Positions 1 through 10,000 of a stretch of DNA of 64,000 bases are shown piece by piece. The position numbers and the translations under genes are program-made. Origin of the DNA: Candidatus Thalassarchaeaceae archaeon (GTDB lineage Archaea; Thermoplasmatota; Poseidoniia; Poseidoniales; Thalassarchaeaceae); contig JALRLV010000003.1 in NCBI GenBank assembly GCA_023268715.1, positions 84,636 through 148,635 on the forward strand, given 5' to 3'. The notes below the pieces were generated by a model. The model saw nothing but the letters and a program-made list of their open reading frames with translations, ran no database searches and was not told the DNA's origin. How positions within the stretch are numbered: the first letter of the stretch is position 1; each line of letters opens with the position of its first letter.

Positions 1-281
1 GAAGTCCTCAGTTCACCACGTGAATTGCCATTTTCCCATATATTAGACAAATTTAGGCTAGAAATTCTTGCCAATCTCATTTCTGCTTCTAGCCAAATTC
101 CAATCCAATAATCCCCCAAGTTAGTTGAGTGAGTTATCGTTGAGGGGAATGGAATAGAATGGTCTTCAATCAATTTACCATCATTATCCAGTTTTGCTAT
201 TTCACCAAGACTTCCTATAACGACATAATTCTCTCCACAATCATCCACTCGAGTGGGAGTGAAGGGGACAGTTCGTTCCAC
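1..281 (-). CDS. hypothetical protein, partial (runs off the window start)
   Basis: Hand translation from GTG at 281 (MERTVPFTPTRVDDCGENYVVIGSLGEIAKLD...) stays open to position 1; purine-rich SD-like GAGGGGTGGAG upstream. Confidence 0.65.
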   Translation of the reverse strand, partial: MERTVPFTPTRVDDCGENYVVIGSLGEIAKLDNDGKLIEDHSIPFPSTITHSTNLGDYWIGIWLEAEMRLARISSLNLSNIWENGNSRGELRT

Positions 282-386
282 GACTCCACCCCTCGGTTCT
301 TGTGTTTGAACCTGTGGTGTGACTGACTCTGGTTATTCAGTTCCTGATTGGATGGGTTGAAGTTAGCAGGCTTTTTCCATTATCAT

Positions 387-1319
387 ATGGTGACACTTCT
401 GCTAGCATCCAAAGCAGATAACGCATCTGTGAATCTCCATGAAGCAGTTATCAGTCTTGGAGGTTGGGGTACACCTGAAATATTGCCTCATGGATTATTG
501 GTTAGACACTCAACTCAACCAGTTCATCTACTATTAATCGAAAAGTTACACATTTATGCGAATCGTATTGATATAATTCACGAAAAAGAGACTGCAGAGA
601 CAGTAGATGAAGTGCTAGTACTTTCCCGCCACGCTGCCAAAAGTGGCCTCCCTTCACTTACCGTTCATGCAATAGGTGTTCCCGGTGAAATACCTCATGG
701 AGAAGAAGGATTTGCTGGTGGCATAAAGGGCATTGCGGTGCCTCCATCGCCGAGATTTTCAGCCATATATTCGGCCCTGAGGGAAGAATCCTCGAGATCA
801 GAATTAGCAGATGAATTTGAGGTCAGTTTAGAAACAACTCACCATGGTCCAGTTCTTACCAAACCTACACTTTACCTAGAGATAGGGTCTACAGAATCAG
901 AGTGGATTCGCAAAGATGCCGCAATGCTTTGGGCAGCAGTGATTTCTAGGGTACTAGGGTTATCTGATGCATCTCCGGAAGGTGAATGGTTTGGTGAAGG
1001 AGATGTTATGATTGGCCTTGGAGGCGGCCATTATGCTCCCCGTCATTCGGATATTGCAATTCGAAGTGGTTTGCCATTTGGTCACTTACTGGCAAATTAT
1101 GCATTAATTTTTGATGAGGAAAACAAAGAATTTCCAACTGGTCCTTGGCGACATAGTTTGTTCGAAGCAATTGAAAAAACCCGTATTGCATTTCCCGGTG
1201 GAACCATATTTGCGCATCTTGACCGTAAATCGTTCAAAGCCTGGCAACGAAATGCAATCATTACAGAATTATCCTCCCTTGATGTTGAAGTTCGCCGAGG
1301 GAAGGAGATTATTCCTTGA
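387..1319 (+). CDS. dtdA: archaeal D-aminoacyl-tRNA deacylase (DTD2 type)
   Basis: Motifs LSRHAAKSG.PSLTVH, ETTHHGP, LEIGSTE.EW and GGGHYAP; start moved to ATG 387. Confidence 0.9.
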   Translation: MVTLLLASKADNASVNLHEAVISLGGWGTPEILPHGLLVRHSTQPVHLLLIEKLHIYANRIDIIHEKETAETVDEVLVLSRHAAKSGLPSLTVHAIGVPGEIPHGEEGFAGGIKGIAVPPSPRFSAIYSALREESSRSELADEFEVSLETTHHGPVLTKPTLYLEIGSTESEWIRKDAAMLWAAVISRVLGLSDASPEGEWFGEGDVMIGLGGGHYAPRHSDIAIRSGLPFGHLLANYALIFDEENKEFPTGPWRHSLFEAIEKTRIAFPGGTIFAHLDRKSFKAWQRNAIITELSSLDVEVRRGKEIIP

Positions 1320-1356
1320 GCAAGCGTGAAAGTGTTCCTGTCACACGGCCTTCGAT

Positions 1357-2331
1357 ATGGGGGCACTCGGCCGTCTCGTCATGCTGATGATGCCAATCAC
1401 TCCAAGATTCGTCGTGGGGTGGGTCGCAAAGAGGTATGTTGCAGGCCCTGATTTAGGGAGCGCATTGCAGGTAATGCGCTCAATGAAATCTCAGGGAGCT
1501 TGTTTTACTCTAGACGTACTGGGAGAAGAGATAACTAGCTTAGAAGAAGTGAACTTTTTCGTCAACGAATATCATAGGGCGTTGGATGCAATAATTGCAG
1601 AAGATATGGATGCAAATATTTCTCTCAAACCAACCGCTTTTGGATTATTAATTGATGAAAAGCAAGCATTAGACAACATTGAAAAAATTACTAGAATTGC
1701 TTCAAATAACAATATCTTCGTAAGGTTGGATATGGAAGATAACCGAGTTACTCAGTCCACAATTGACATTGTAATTGAGATGCATAATCGTGGATTAACC
1801 AACATTGGCACAGTCCTACAATCTAGGTTGTTTAGAACTGGAGAGGACATCACTTCACTTTCGTCGAAATTGGGTGGCCATTCCGATGTTAGAATTTGTA
1901 AGGGAATTTACCTTGAACCGGAAGATATTGCTCACACGAAATATCATGATATTGTCCTAGCAACAAATAAGGCGATTGACGACTTATTAGATGCAGGAGC
2001 ATACACTGCGATTGCATCTCATGACATACCTGTAATAGACCATTCAATAGCGGCATTAGAAAACAGGGGCATGGGTCCATCAATTGATGATCCAAGAGGA
2101 AATGCAGGTCCAGTAAGAAGTGGTAAGGGACCGGGGTATGAGTTTCAATTCCTTCTTGGAGTCAGAGGCAATATACGAAGAAAGTTGGCAAAAGAAGGTC
2201 ATCGAACACGTGTATACATCCCCTATGGAAGTAGATGGTACGAGTATAGTATGCGCCGATTAAGAGAGAACCCCGATGTGGCTTGGCACGTAGCAAAGAG
2301 CATAATTATGCCATGGACAAATAGACGATAA
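1357..2331 (+). CDS. proline dehydrogenase (monofunctional)
   Basis: RYVAG, DVLGE, SLKPT, RLDMED, R.CKG.Y.E, ASHD and RVYIPYG..WY.YSMRRL.E motifs. Confidence 0.92.
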   Translation: MGALGRLVMLMMPITPRFVVGWVAKRYVAGPDLGSALQVMRSMKSQGACFTLDVLGEEITSLEEVNFFVNEYHRALDAIIAEDMDANISLKPTAFGLLIDEKQALDNIEKITRIASNNNIFVRLDMEDNRVTQSTIDIVIEMHNRGLTNIGTVLQSRLFRTGEDITSLSSKLGGHSDVRICKGIYLEPEDIAHTKYHDIVLATNKAIDDLLDAGAYTAIASHDIPVIDHSIAALENRGMGPSIDDPRGNAGPVRSGKGPGYEFQFLLGVRGNIRRKLAKEGHRTRVYIPYGSRWYEYSMRRLRENPDVAWHVAKSIIMPWTNRR

Positions 2332-2964
2332 TCATCGCCTATTTTGTCTTAGGTCATCTCTAGGATTGTATGGAGGATGGAGATAAATTCGCCGAAGGTC
2401 AACTGCATGCCGCTTACCTCGAAGGGTCCTACCCTTTCCGGTATGGAGTGCCCGAATTCTCCAACGGACTCCTTCTATTTCCATAATTGTACCACACGAA
2501 AACACTTCGTCAGGAGAACATTCAATAGTTTTTGAACTACTTTCTTCACCATCAGTCATTGTTAATCGAACTTTGCATTTATCACAGCGAACAGCCCAGA
2601 GTGTTGAGATTTCTCTGGCTACCAAAGTTTGTTTGGATCTAGTGTCCGAATCATCTATTCTTGTAACCCTGTATAGTATTCCATCTTCGTCAAAAACATC
2701 ACCAACAGAAATCAATTCATCATCATCCGATTCAATAGAATGTGTTTGACTTTCTGCTCCATCGGAAAGTATTGAAGTAATCTTGATCGCTTTCCCAGGT
2801 CTCAAGTGAAGGGTTTGCACCTCATTGCAATCAACACACTGGATCAGTAGGTCCTCTCCTTCTCCCTTGTTGACTTTTCGAAGTATTCGATGCTCTGTGA
2901 AATCTTCACAATTAGAACATTCTGAGACGTCAACCGTCTCCTCATCATCTAGCCCTTGGTTCAC
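2332..2964 (-). CDS. archaeal Zn-finger protein (HVO_0476/COG1326-like)
   Basis: N-terminal CSNC...H..L...C.DC ribbon followed by two repeated S-DG..S...VGD beta domains. Confidence 0.75.
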   Translation of the reverse strand: MNQGLDDEETVDVSECSNCEDFTEHRILRKVNKGEGEDLLIQCVDCNEVQTLHLRPGKAIKITSILSDGAESQTHSIESDDDELISVGDVFDEDGILYRVTRIDDSDTRSKQTLVAREISTLWAVRCDKCKVRLTMTDGEESSSKTIECSPDEVFSCGTIMEIEGVRWRIRALHTGKGRTLRGKRHAVDLRRIYLHPPYNPRDDLRQNRR

Positions 2965-3042
2965 ATCTGGGCGGCTGAACTACCGTTCTTGAAGCCATCC
3001 GCGCGTGGGATGGTTCAAGAGAGAGCCATTCGAGGCGCTATT

Positions 3043-3837
3043 ATGAGTGAGATAGGGGGTGGATTTGGACTTCCAACTATGTCTCAAAGGGAGATGTTCG
3101 AGCAACTTCTTGGTGATGATGAATCAAGAAGTGGTTCTGAACCTGAAATCGCTGCTGCGATCGGCGAGCAAATGATTCACATGGATTTGAGGCCATTACC
3201 TCGCTCTATTCGAAAAAGGATACGTGATATAGCGGGTCGAATTCCTGCCAAAAATGTAGTAATTATCGGAGGAGGAATCGGCCATCTTACCGCTTGGATG
3301 ATGGATTTATGGTGCGGAGATCCTGCTATAGAAGATTCTGAGGGAAGTAACCGTCCTGAGACACTTCGTGTCATTGAGGAAGGTGGAAAATTTGGAGTAA
3401 TCATCGATAGATTACTTCGCCGATATGATGCTTCTAACTGGGCACAGGTGATTTCAGACCCTTGGAGTGAAATTGCTGCTGAGACTGAATCTTGGAATGC
3501 AGCGAATGCCACACTTCCCGATGTTGCAAGAAGTGCTCCTCTCCCTCAACCAATAGATCTCGTAATCATCGATTTACCAGAGATAGAGAGAGTTCGAGCT
3601 GCAACTCTGGCATTCAATCTACTAGCGCCTGGCGGAGTAGTAATGGCCCTGGAACCACAAGTGCCAACAGGAGATGTTGGTGAGTCTGTAAAAGGCGTGG
3701 AAATGACTCCCGCACAACGGGTCGTATCTTCATTCAATGAATGGATTGAATTTGTTCAATCGGTCAACTCCAACCACTCTGCCGCCTTCGTTGAACTCGC
3801 AGGAGGAACGCTAGGGGTCTTCCTTCGCTCTGCCTGA
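3043..3837 (+). CDS. putative SAM-dependent methyltransferase-fold protein
   Basis: IIGGGIGH Gly-rich loop, DLVIID and LAPGGV elements; start placed at ATG 3043. Confidence 0.55.
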   Translation: MSEIGGGFGLPTMSQREMFEQLLGDDESRSGSEPEIAAAIGEQMIHMDLRPLPRSIRKRIRDIAGRIPAKNVVIIGGGIGHLTAWMMDLWCGDPAIEDSEGSNRPETLRVIEEGGKFGVIIDRLLRRYDASNWAQVISDPWSEIAAETESWNAANATLPDVARSAPLPQPIDLVIIDLPEIERVRAATLAFNLLAPGGVVMALEPQVPTGDVGESVKGVEMTPAQRVVSSFNEWIEFVQSVNSNHSAAFVELAGGTLGVFLRSA

Positions 3838-5402
3838 TTTGAATAGTTAATGTCGATGTGTTGTAGATAACTAGATGAGTATTCCGCCTCTTCTTCTGAA
3901 CTCGAATTGCTCAATGCCTCTAACATCAAATCAATTCTAAATATTCCATAACCAAACTTGTCATCATGTTCAGATTGTCCATTGTCCATTTGTGAATTTT
4001 GGCTCAATTGTGTCTTGATAAATTCAATTGCATTTGGGCCACCTGAAGAACCCTCTCTTTGCAGCTCAGGGTGGGCTTCGAGAATTATTGCCAATCCTCC
4101 CGAGACCCAAGCGGTAGCAGCTGAGGTTCCACTTGCCCAACCCCACCATGCGCCATCTCCTGCGCCTCCCGCAAATAGAATGGGGACTTCCGCTCCGGGA
4201 GCCAAAATTTCGGGTTTCATATCTGGATCCGAACGAGGTAACATTGGAGGCCAAAGCCTACCATCATTATCTCCCTGTGAACTTCCTCTCCAAACGTTGC
4301 CTAGCCTAGTCGCTCCACCAACACATATCACATCCTCTACTGAGCCAGGTGAGGACACGTCTCCATCATCGTCCTGTCCATCATTTCCCGCTGCCGCAAT
4401 CACGAATATTCCTTGATCAATAGCGTCTTGAACCGCGCTTTCCAGTTGGTCAGTAGTAATTCCAGCAAAACCAATCCCTCCTTCGCCGCCTAGGCTCAAT
4501 GAGATAATGTCGGCCTGATTATCGGCGCACCAATCCACCGCCTCAGCTATTCCGGTATCTGTGCCTTCTCCATTGGAATCTATTGCCTTTGCAACCAATA
4601 AATCAACACCTTGAGCATTTCCGCTGAGCCCATTTTTCGCAACAATAATTCCTGCCATTGCGGTTCCATGACCTTCGTCATCATATGGCTCATTTTGGCC
4701 ATTAATTACATCTAACCAACCGGCTAATGCAAGGTGCTGTAAATCGGGATGACTCATTTCGATGCCAGAATCTACTACACAAACTACAACACCACTTCCA
4801 TCTAATCCTGATATTTCGTCGAATCCTGTCAATTCTTGGTAAGATTGCTCCCATCCGGTCAAGGTTGGTGGAGGTCCTCCAATCAATATCTCATCTGCCA
4901 CAGATCTAAGCCAAAGGAAAATGACTGAAGCCACTAGGATAAATGCTAATGTAGAAACTGAGCCGATCAACCATGGCAATGCGCTGGTGTCGTTTGTTGG
5001 GTTGTTAACTTCAGATGGATTTTCGATTGTTGGCTCTATTCTATATTCACTATCCTGATATTGATTAGAATTCTCATTCACCATACTACCTCTGATTTCT
5101 GACCAAGAGTGTTCATGGTCATAATCATACAGGCTTCTTGATTGCCACACAGAAAACCATCCCGTGATAAAGGAAAATCCCACTAAACAACAAATACCCC
5201 CGCCAAGAAAAAGTATCGCATTTCCCAGTCCAGAGAAACCAGACTGCGGTTCAGAAGTAGTGTATCCAATAACAATTGCAATAACCCCTAAAAGAAGTAG
5301 AGTCCAACCTAAATATTTGAAACTTTTAATCAAAAAATCCCTATTTTTCTTTGGAAAGAATTCTAGAATAATTTCGATGATAAATCCGATATACCATCCC
5401 AT
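3756..5402 (-). CDS. membrane-anchored S8 (subtilisin-family) serine peptidase
   Basis: Catalytic VVDSGI, GHGT and SGTSAAT motifs plus oxyanion AAGN; about 3 N-terminal hydrophobic helices. Confidence 0.9.
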   Translation of the reverse strand: MGWYIGFIIEIILEFFPKKNRDFLIKSFKYLGWTLLLLGVIAIVIGYTTSEPQSGFSGLGNAILFLGGGICCLVGFSFITGWFSVWQSRSLYDYDHEHSWSEIRGSMVNENSNQYQDSEYRIEPTIENPSEVNNPTNDTSALPWLIGSVSTLAFILVASVIFLWLRSVADEILIGGPPPTLTGWEQSYQELTGFDEISGLDGSGVVVCVVDSGIEMSHPDLQHLALAGWLDVINGQNEPYDDEGHGTAMAGIIVAKNGLSGNAQGVDLLVAKAIDSNGEGTDTGIAEAVDWCADNQADIISLSLGGEGGIGFAGITTDQLESAVQDAIDQGIFVIAAAGNDGQDDDGDVSSPGSVEDVICVGGATRLGNVWRGSSQGDNDGRLWPPMLPRSDPDMKPEILAPGAEVPILFAGGAGDGAWWGWASGTSAATAWVSGGLAIILEAHPELQREGSSGGPNAIEFIKTQLSQNSQMDNGQSEHDDKFGYGIFRIDLMLEALSNSSSEEEAEYSSSYLQHIDINYSNQAERRKTPSVPPASSTKAAEWLELTD

Positions 5403-5426
5403 CCTAGATCACTCCAAATTGTGAAA

Positions 5427-6581
5427 TTACCAGGCATCAGATCGTGAAAAGTGACTCATTACAGTGGTGCTTGAACCACACTCCCTACAAGATATTCTTG
5501 CTGGTATTATTGTATTGCATTCCGTGCAAGCCGTACCCGGAGCACCATTTCCATCACAATTCGAACACGGCACCTGAATACTACCATCCTGATTTCTGAT
5601 AGCAACGGAATCGGCACTACAAATTGGACAAGATCCTTGGCTCCGGCTTGCCTTCTTAGGAACAAATTCGCCCGCAACTTCCCTTGCTCGAACGGATTGA
5701 ATACGATCTCCTGCTGCGCCTAACATAAATTGTGGATACCACAATACATGGACGAGCAAAGCCATAGAAATAATTCCAAACAACGCATAAATTACCACAT
5801 ACAGAGTCATATCATTTTCAATTGGTGGACGAGGAGAAACCGCATGAGCTCCAGCCCAAGATGAAATATTCAGGAATATCATCCATGTTGCCAAATTCAA
5901 GCTCCATGCTTTCAGACTATGATCTCTCCATGCCTTCTGAACCACCCTCGGGTCAGGATGCGTATGCCGCTCTTCGACATGTATATCTCTAGTTTCGATT
6001 ACTGCTCTGTGTACAACAATTACCGCAAGGAAAATTAGAACTAGATTTCCTATAGCAAAACCTGCCCAATTTCCGGCACTTGTGCCGAATGGGAAGTCAG
6101 TGGCTGATGAATGGCTGACCACAAATCCAAGTTGGACTGCTAATGTTGCTATCATCAACCAGACAAGATTTTCTCTCATGAGTGGGAATCTTGTCCAAAG
6201 CAAAGCAAAGAAGCCAATCCAGGCAATTATTGAAAGTAAAGCCAACATAAGTGAGAAATCATTGACGTGTAGAAATCCTGCTTCATCTCCGTAAAGACCC
6301 CATCTGTTGTAATCACCTCCAGATGCTATTTCGCCAATACCTAGATCCCAAGCGCCGAGGATTATTGATAGAGTGCCAATGCCAATAACCATGGCTTCAG
6401 TAACTCCCCATTGTTGAAATATCATCTTTCCATGAAAGGTGTATTCTTGGATTAGTGAATCCAAAGGGGCTAATCTAGAATTACGTTCTTCTAACTTGAA
6501 AGGAAGTTCTACATCACTCAGTCGAACTTGGCTTGCATCAGCCAAATCCTCATCGATTGTATCGACCTCAACTTCCTCCAC
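5427..6581 (-). CDS. multi-pass membrane protein with C-terminal Zn-ribbon (four CxxC)
   Basis: About 6 hydrophobic segments; CPIC, CSNC, CTEC and CREC at the C-terminus. Confidence 0.7.
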   Translation of the reverse strand: MEEVEVDTIDEDLADASQVRLSDVELPFKLEERNSRLAPLDSLIQEYTFHGKMIFQQWGVTEAMVIGIGTLSIILGAWDLGIGEIASGGDYNRWGLYGDEAGFLHVNDFSLMLALLSIIAWIGFFALLWTRFPLMRENLVWLMIATLAVQLGFVVSHSSATDFPFGTSAGNWAGFAIGNLVLIFLAVIVVHRAVIETRDIHVEERHTHPDPRVVQKAWRDHSLKAWSLNLATWMIFLNISSWAGAHAVSPRPPIENDMTLYVVIYALFGIISMALLVHVLWYPQFMLGAAGDRIQSVRAREVAGEFVPKKASRSQGSCPICSADSVAIRNQDGSIQVPCSNCDGNGAPGTACTECNTIIPARISCRECGSSTTVMSHFSRSDAW

Positions 6582-6676
6582 GCATCACACCGCGAAGAAT
6601 CACCCATAAGAAATACACTTGAGTCTGGGATTGCTAAATGGCAATCTAAACCCTTTACAGAGGGGTTGAGTTTGAG

Positions 6677-6762
6677 TGGCGCCGAGAGGGAGATTTGAAC
6701 TCCCGAGGGTAGAACCCACATGATTTCCAGTCATGCGCAATACCAGGCTATGCGACCTCGGC
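6677..6762 (-). tRNA. tRNA-Ser(GGA)
   Basis: GCCGAGG acceptor stem, anticodon arm CATGA-CTGGAAA-TCATG, long variable arm, TTCAAAT T-loop, encoded CCA. Confidence 0.95.
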
Positions 6763-6888
6763 CTGTATCCTTCGAGATACGAACTTGACTTTAGTCTGAC
6801 GCAGTATATCTTTGCAACCTTGATGGGTCTCAAATTGCCTACTCCATCCCGCAGTCGTTAAATCGGTTATCTCGGTGGCGCGCTCACT

Positions 6889-6963
6889 GCCACTGTGGCT
6901 TAGGGGTATAGCGTCGCCTTGGTAAGGCGAAGGTCGGGGGTTCAATTCCCCCCAGTGGCTCCA
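6889..6963 (+). tRNA. tRNA-Thr(GGT)
   Basis: GCCACTG/CAGTGGC acceptor stem, TCGCC-TTGGTAA-GGCGA anticodon arm, encoded CCA. Confidence 0.95.
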
Positions 6964-7082
6964 TTGTAGTTATTTTTCTCCAAAATTAGTTATTGCACAA
7001 ATTGTGCAATTTTCCCTCCATTTCCTCCTGTTCGTAGAACAGGGACCGAGTTGTATATAATCTCAACATGCTTGTTAGGGCC

Positions 7083-10000
7083 ATGCCCGCCAGCCGCCGC
7101 AGACTAGCAACCGCCCTTGTTTTGTTAATGATATTCGCTCCATTAGCCAGTGCAGGAGTTACAAATTGGACTATTACCACGCCAATTAATCCTGATGATG
7201 ATGGGGTAACCACGAATGCCTTCAGCGTTCCAAGTAACGAAACTATTGTTGATGGCTGGATTTCAGTAAATAGCAATCCAATGGCTTCGTCTAACCTTGA
7301 CTCGATTTCAATAAGCGGTGATGATTTCGACAACGGGACGTATGACGGGGCGACTGGTTCAGTGTTGGACGACAACTTGACAATGTATGACGACGGAAGT
7401 ACATCGTCCGTGTGGAACTTTGATGATAATGGCAATTTCACAATTGCAATGGCGGATGATTATCACTCAGGTCCAGGTGAACATCTTTGGCAAGTAGAAA
7501 ACCCAATCGCACCTTCGACTGAATGTGGGGATTTACTTCTTTACAATCTATCTTCGGGTTTCGATCTAGACTTTGACCTCACCCTAGATGATGATGAAAT
7601 CACTTCCACAGAAAACCTATGCCAGACAAATATGACAATCGAAAATGGAACAGGACAACCTCCAGCTGGAGACGTTAATGGTACCGTCCAAAATAGTACT
7701 GTAACTGTTATGGATTATACACTCACAACTGGGGACTCAAATTGTCCCTATGGAGGGACACATATTATTTGGGGGAACGATTTTTCAATTTATTACGATA
7801 AAAATACCTCTCTAAATGCTTCTGAAATCGAAGGAGAATTCTATTTCTGTAACGGACAAGAAGTTTGGTTTGCTTCCTTGCTTGATTTAGGCGGAACCAT
7901 TGTCGGTGATCAACAACAATTAGCTCATGGTGTTGTTCCATCTGCTCCCTCCGAAGGAGAAGTAGTAGTAGGTACTTTACCAGGTCAAGCATTAGACCCT
8001 GGCACAGATGCTTGGTTACTTTTACCATCCTCTGACATTCCCGCAAACCCAGATACTCACGTGAATTACTCGTTTTCTTTTGACCACTGGTATGACGTAG
8101 AATCTGGTGACGGCCTTTGGGTTGAACATAGATTGAGAAATGGCTCAGCAGGCTGGGGTGGTTGGACATGGACTGATTTAGAGTCAGGATACACTCATTC
8201 AATTTCGATGGGTGACCTTGATGTATCCGGCACACCCTCTTCAAGCACAATTCCAGTTTTCGGCGGCGATGCGGTTAGTGGTTGGGTTTCCTCATTCACA
8301 AATTTATCAAACATCTCTGACATTACTACCTTTACCGAAATTCAATTCAGATTTAGGGTAGTAACTGCATTAACTTCAACCGGCTCAGCGGGCTGGTTCC
8401 TTGATAACATAAATTATCACAATGATGGTGATAATAGCGGGGCGTGGCATCACGGGTGTGATGTGAATGGATACGCTGCATACATGTACACAGGTTACTG
8501 TTACTACGGGCACAACAAATTGGGTTATCTCACATACTCTGGCTTAGATTTGACAGGCGCTACAGACATTGAATTCGATCTTCATTGGGATTTAGAAGGT
8601 TCGGGCTGGGATAATGCCTGCATAGAACTTTCAAACAATAATGGCGGCAACTGGATTGACATTACTTCGACAAGTAGCAGTACTACGACTCAATGTCGAT
8701 CTAGATCAGGAGCCATCCCAGGTTATGGATACTCAGACATGGATGGTAACAGTTACGGAGATGACAGTGGTGGGCTTGTTACCATTAAGCCAGACGTGCC
8801 AACTGCTTACCAAGTTGCTAACATAACTATTCGATTTGTAGTCCAGACAGACAGTAGTGTAGGATATGGCTCTCCAGGAGGTACTTCGGACCCAGATGGT
8901 AGAGAGGGTCTGACAGTCTTCGGTTTTAGACCGGTCGACTCAACTGGAGCAACTCTATACAGCGTTTATTTGGATGCAACCACTCCAACTACACCAACTG
9001 GAAATGAGTGGAGGTTCCTTACTCTAAATTCGGGTTTCATAGACAATCAGCATGGCTTTGAGGACTCAGCTGTTACAGAGCCTGAATCTGACGATATGGA
9101 TGGTTTTACCAGAACAAGCACCAACACTTGTTCAAACTCACCAACATGCGGCTGGGATTTGACTCCGATAATCTCGGATGATTTTGGTCCTAGTGAAGCT
9201 GCTTCCTTCCCTTATCTATATGCCATTGGAGCTGGAGGTTCATTCCAAGGTGGTGTGCAAGAGGCAAGCCTAATCACCCCTAATATTTCAGTACCTGAAT
9301 CGGGAATATCTTTCTTCACATTCGAGATGTGGATGTGCTGGTCATACAGCAACTGGCAAGGTAACATGCACGGTGGAGCTTTGATGGTTCAGGTTGATGG
9401 AGGGGCTTGGGAACTTGTGAATCCGGGATGGTACTCAGAAACTATGTCGAGTTACTCTTCATTCTCTTACATCCAAACTAATCTTGACGGTATGCCAATT
9501 TGGACTGATGAGAGTTGTGGCGATACTGACTTCACCTCATATGAGGTGTCGATGGCTGAATGGGCAGGTAGTGATGTAAAATTCAAATTCATAGCCGCGG
9601 ATAAGTACGGCTACGGATACTCTGGCCAACAAGGATGGTTCATCGACAACGTTGGAGTTAGGCAGGGGCATTTCAGTAGCCCTGGTGATTGGATGAGTCA
9701 ACCAATTGAATTGAATGGTTTAGATTCTTTCAACTTGGGTATAGTTGAAATTGAGGGTAAAATAGATGAAAATTCGACAGTGACCGGTTCGATTATTGAT
9801 GCTGTTACCGAAGAGCCAATAATCGGTTTTGAATCGCTTGATTTCCCTATTAATTTGGCAGGTCTAGATTCTGAAACCCACCCGACTGTTAAGGTAAGAT
9901 TAGAATTGTCTTCATCAAGTACTATTTCCACTCCAATCATCAGGCATGTCGAGGTTGGAGGCCCAAGGATTCTTTCCGCTGAATTATTCGATTTCAACGG

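Noticed and set aside
311-370. CCTG...CAGG-bounded intergenic stretch with CTGA motifs (possible C/D sRNA)
   Set aside because: No convincing RTGATGA C box and only weak pairing.
6677-7082. tRNA pair as a possible integration site for a genomic island
   Set aside because: No integrase gene and no duplicated tRNA 3' end were noticed in the window.
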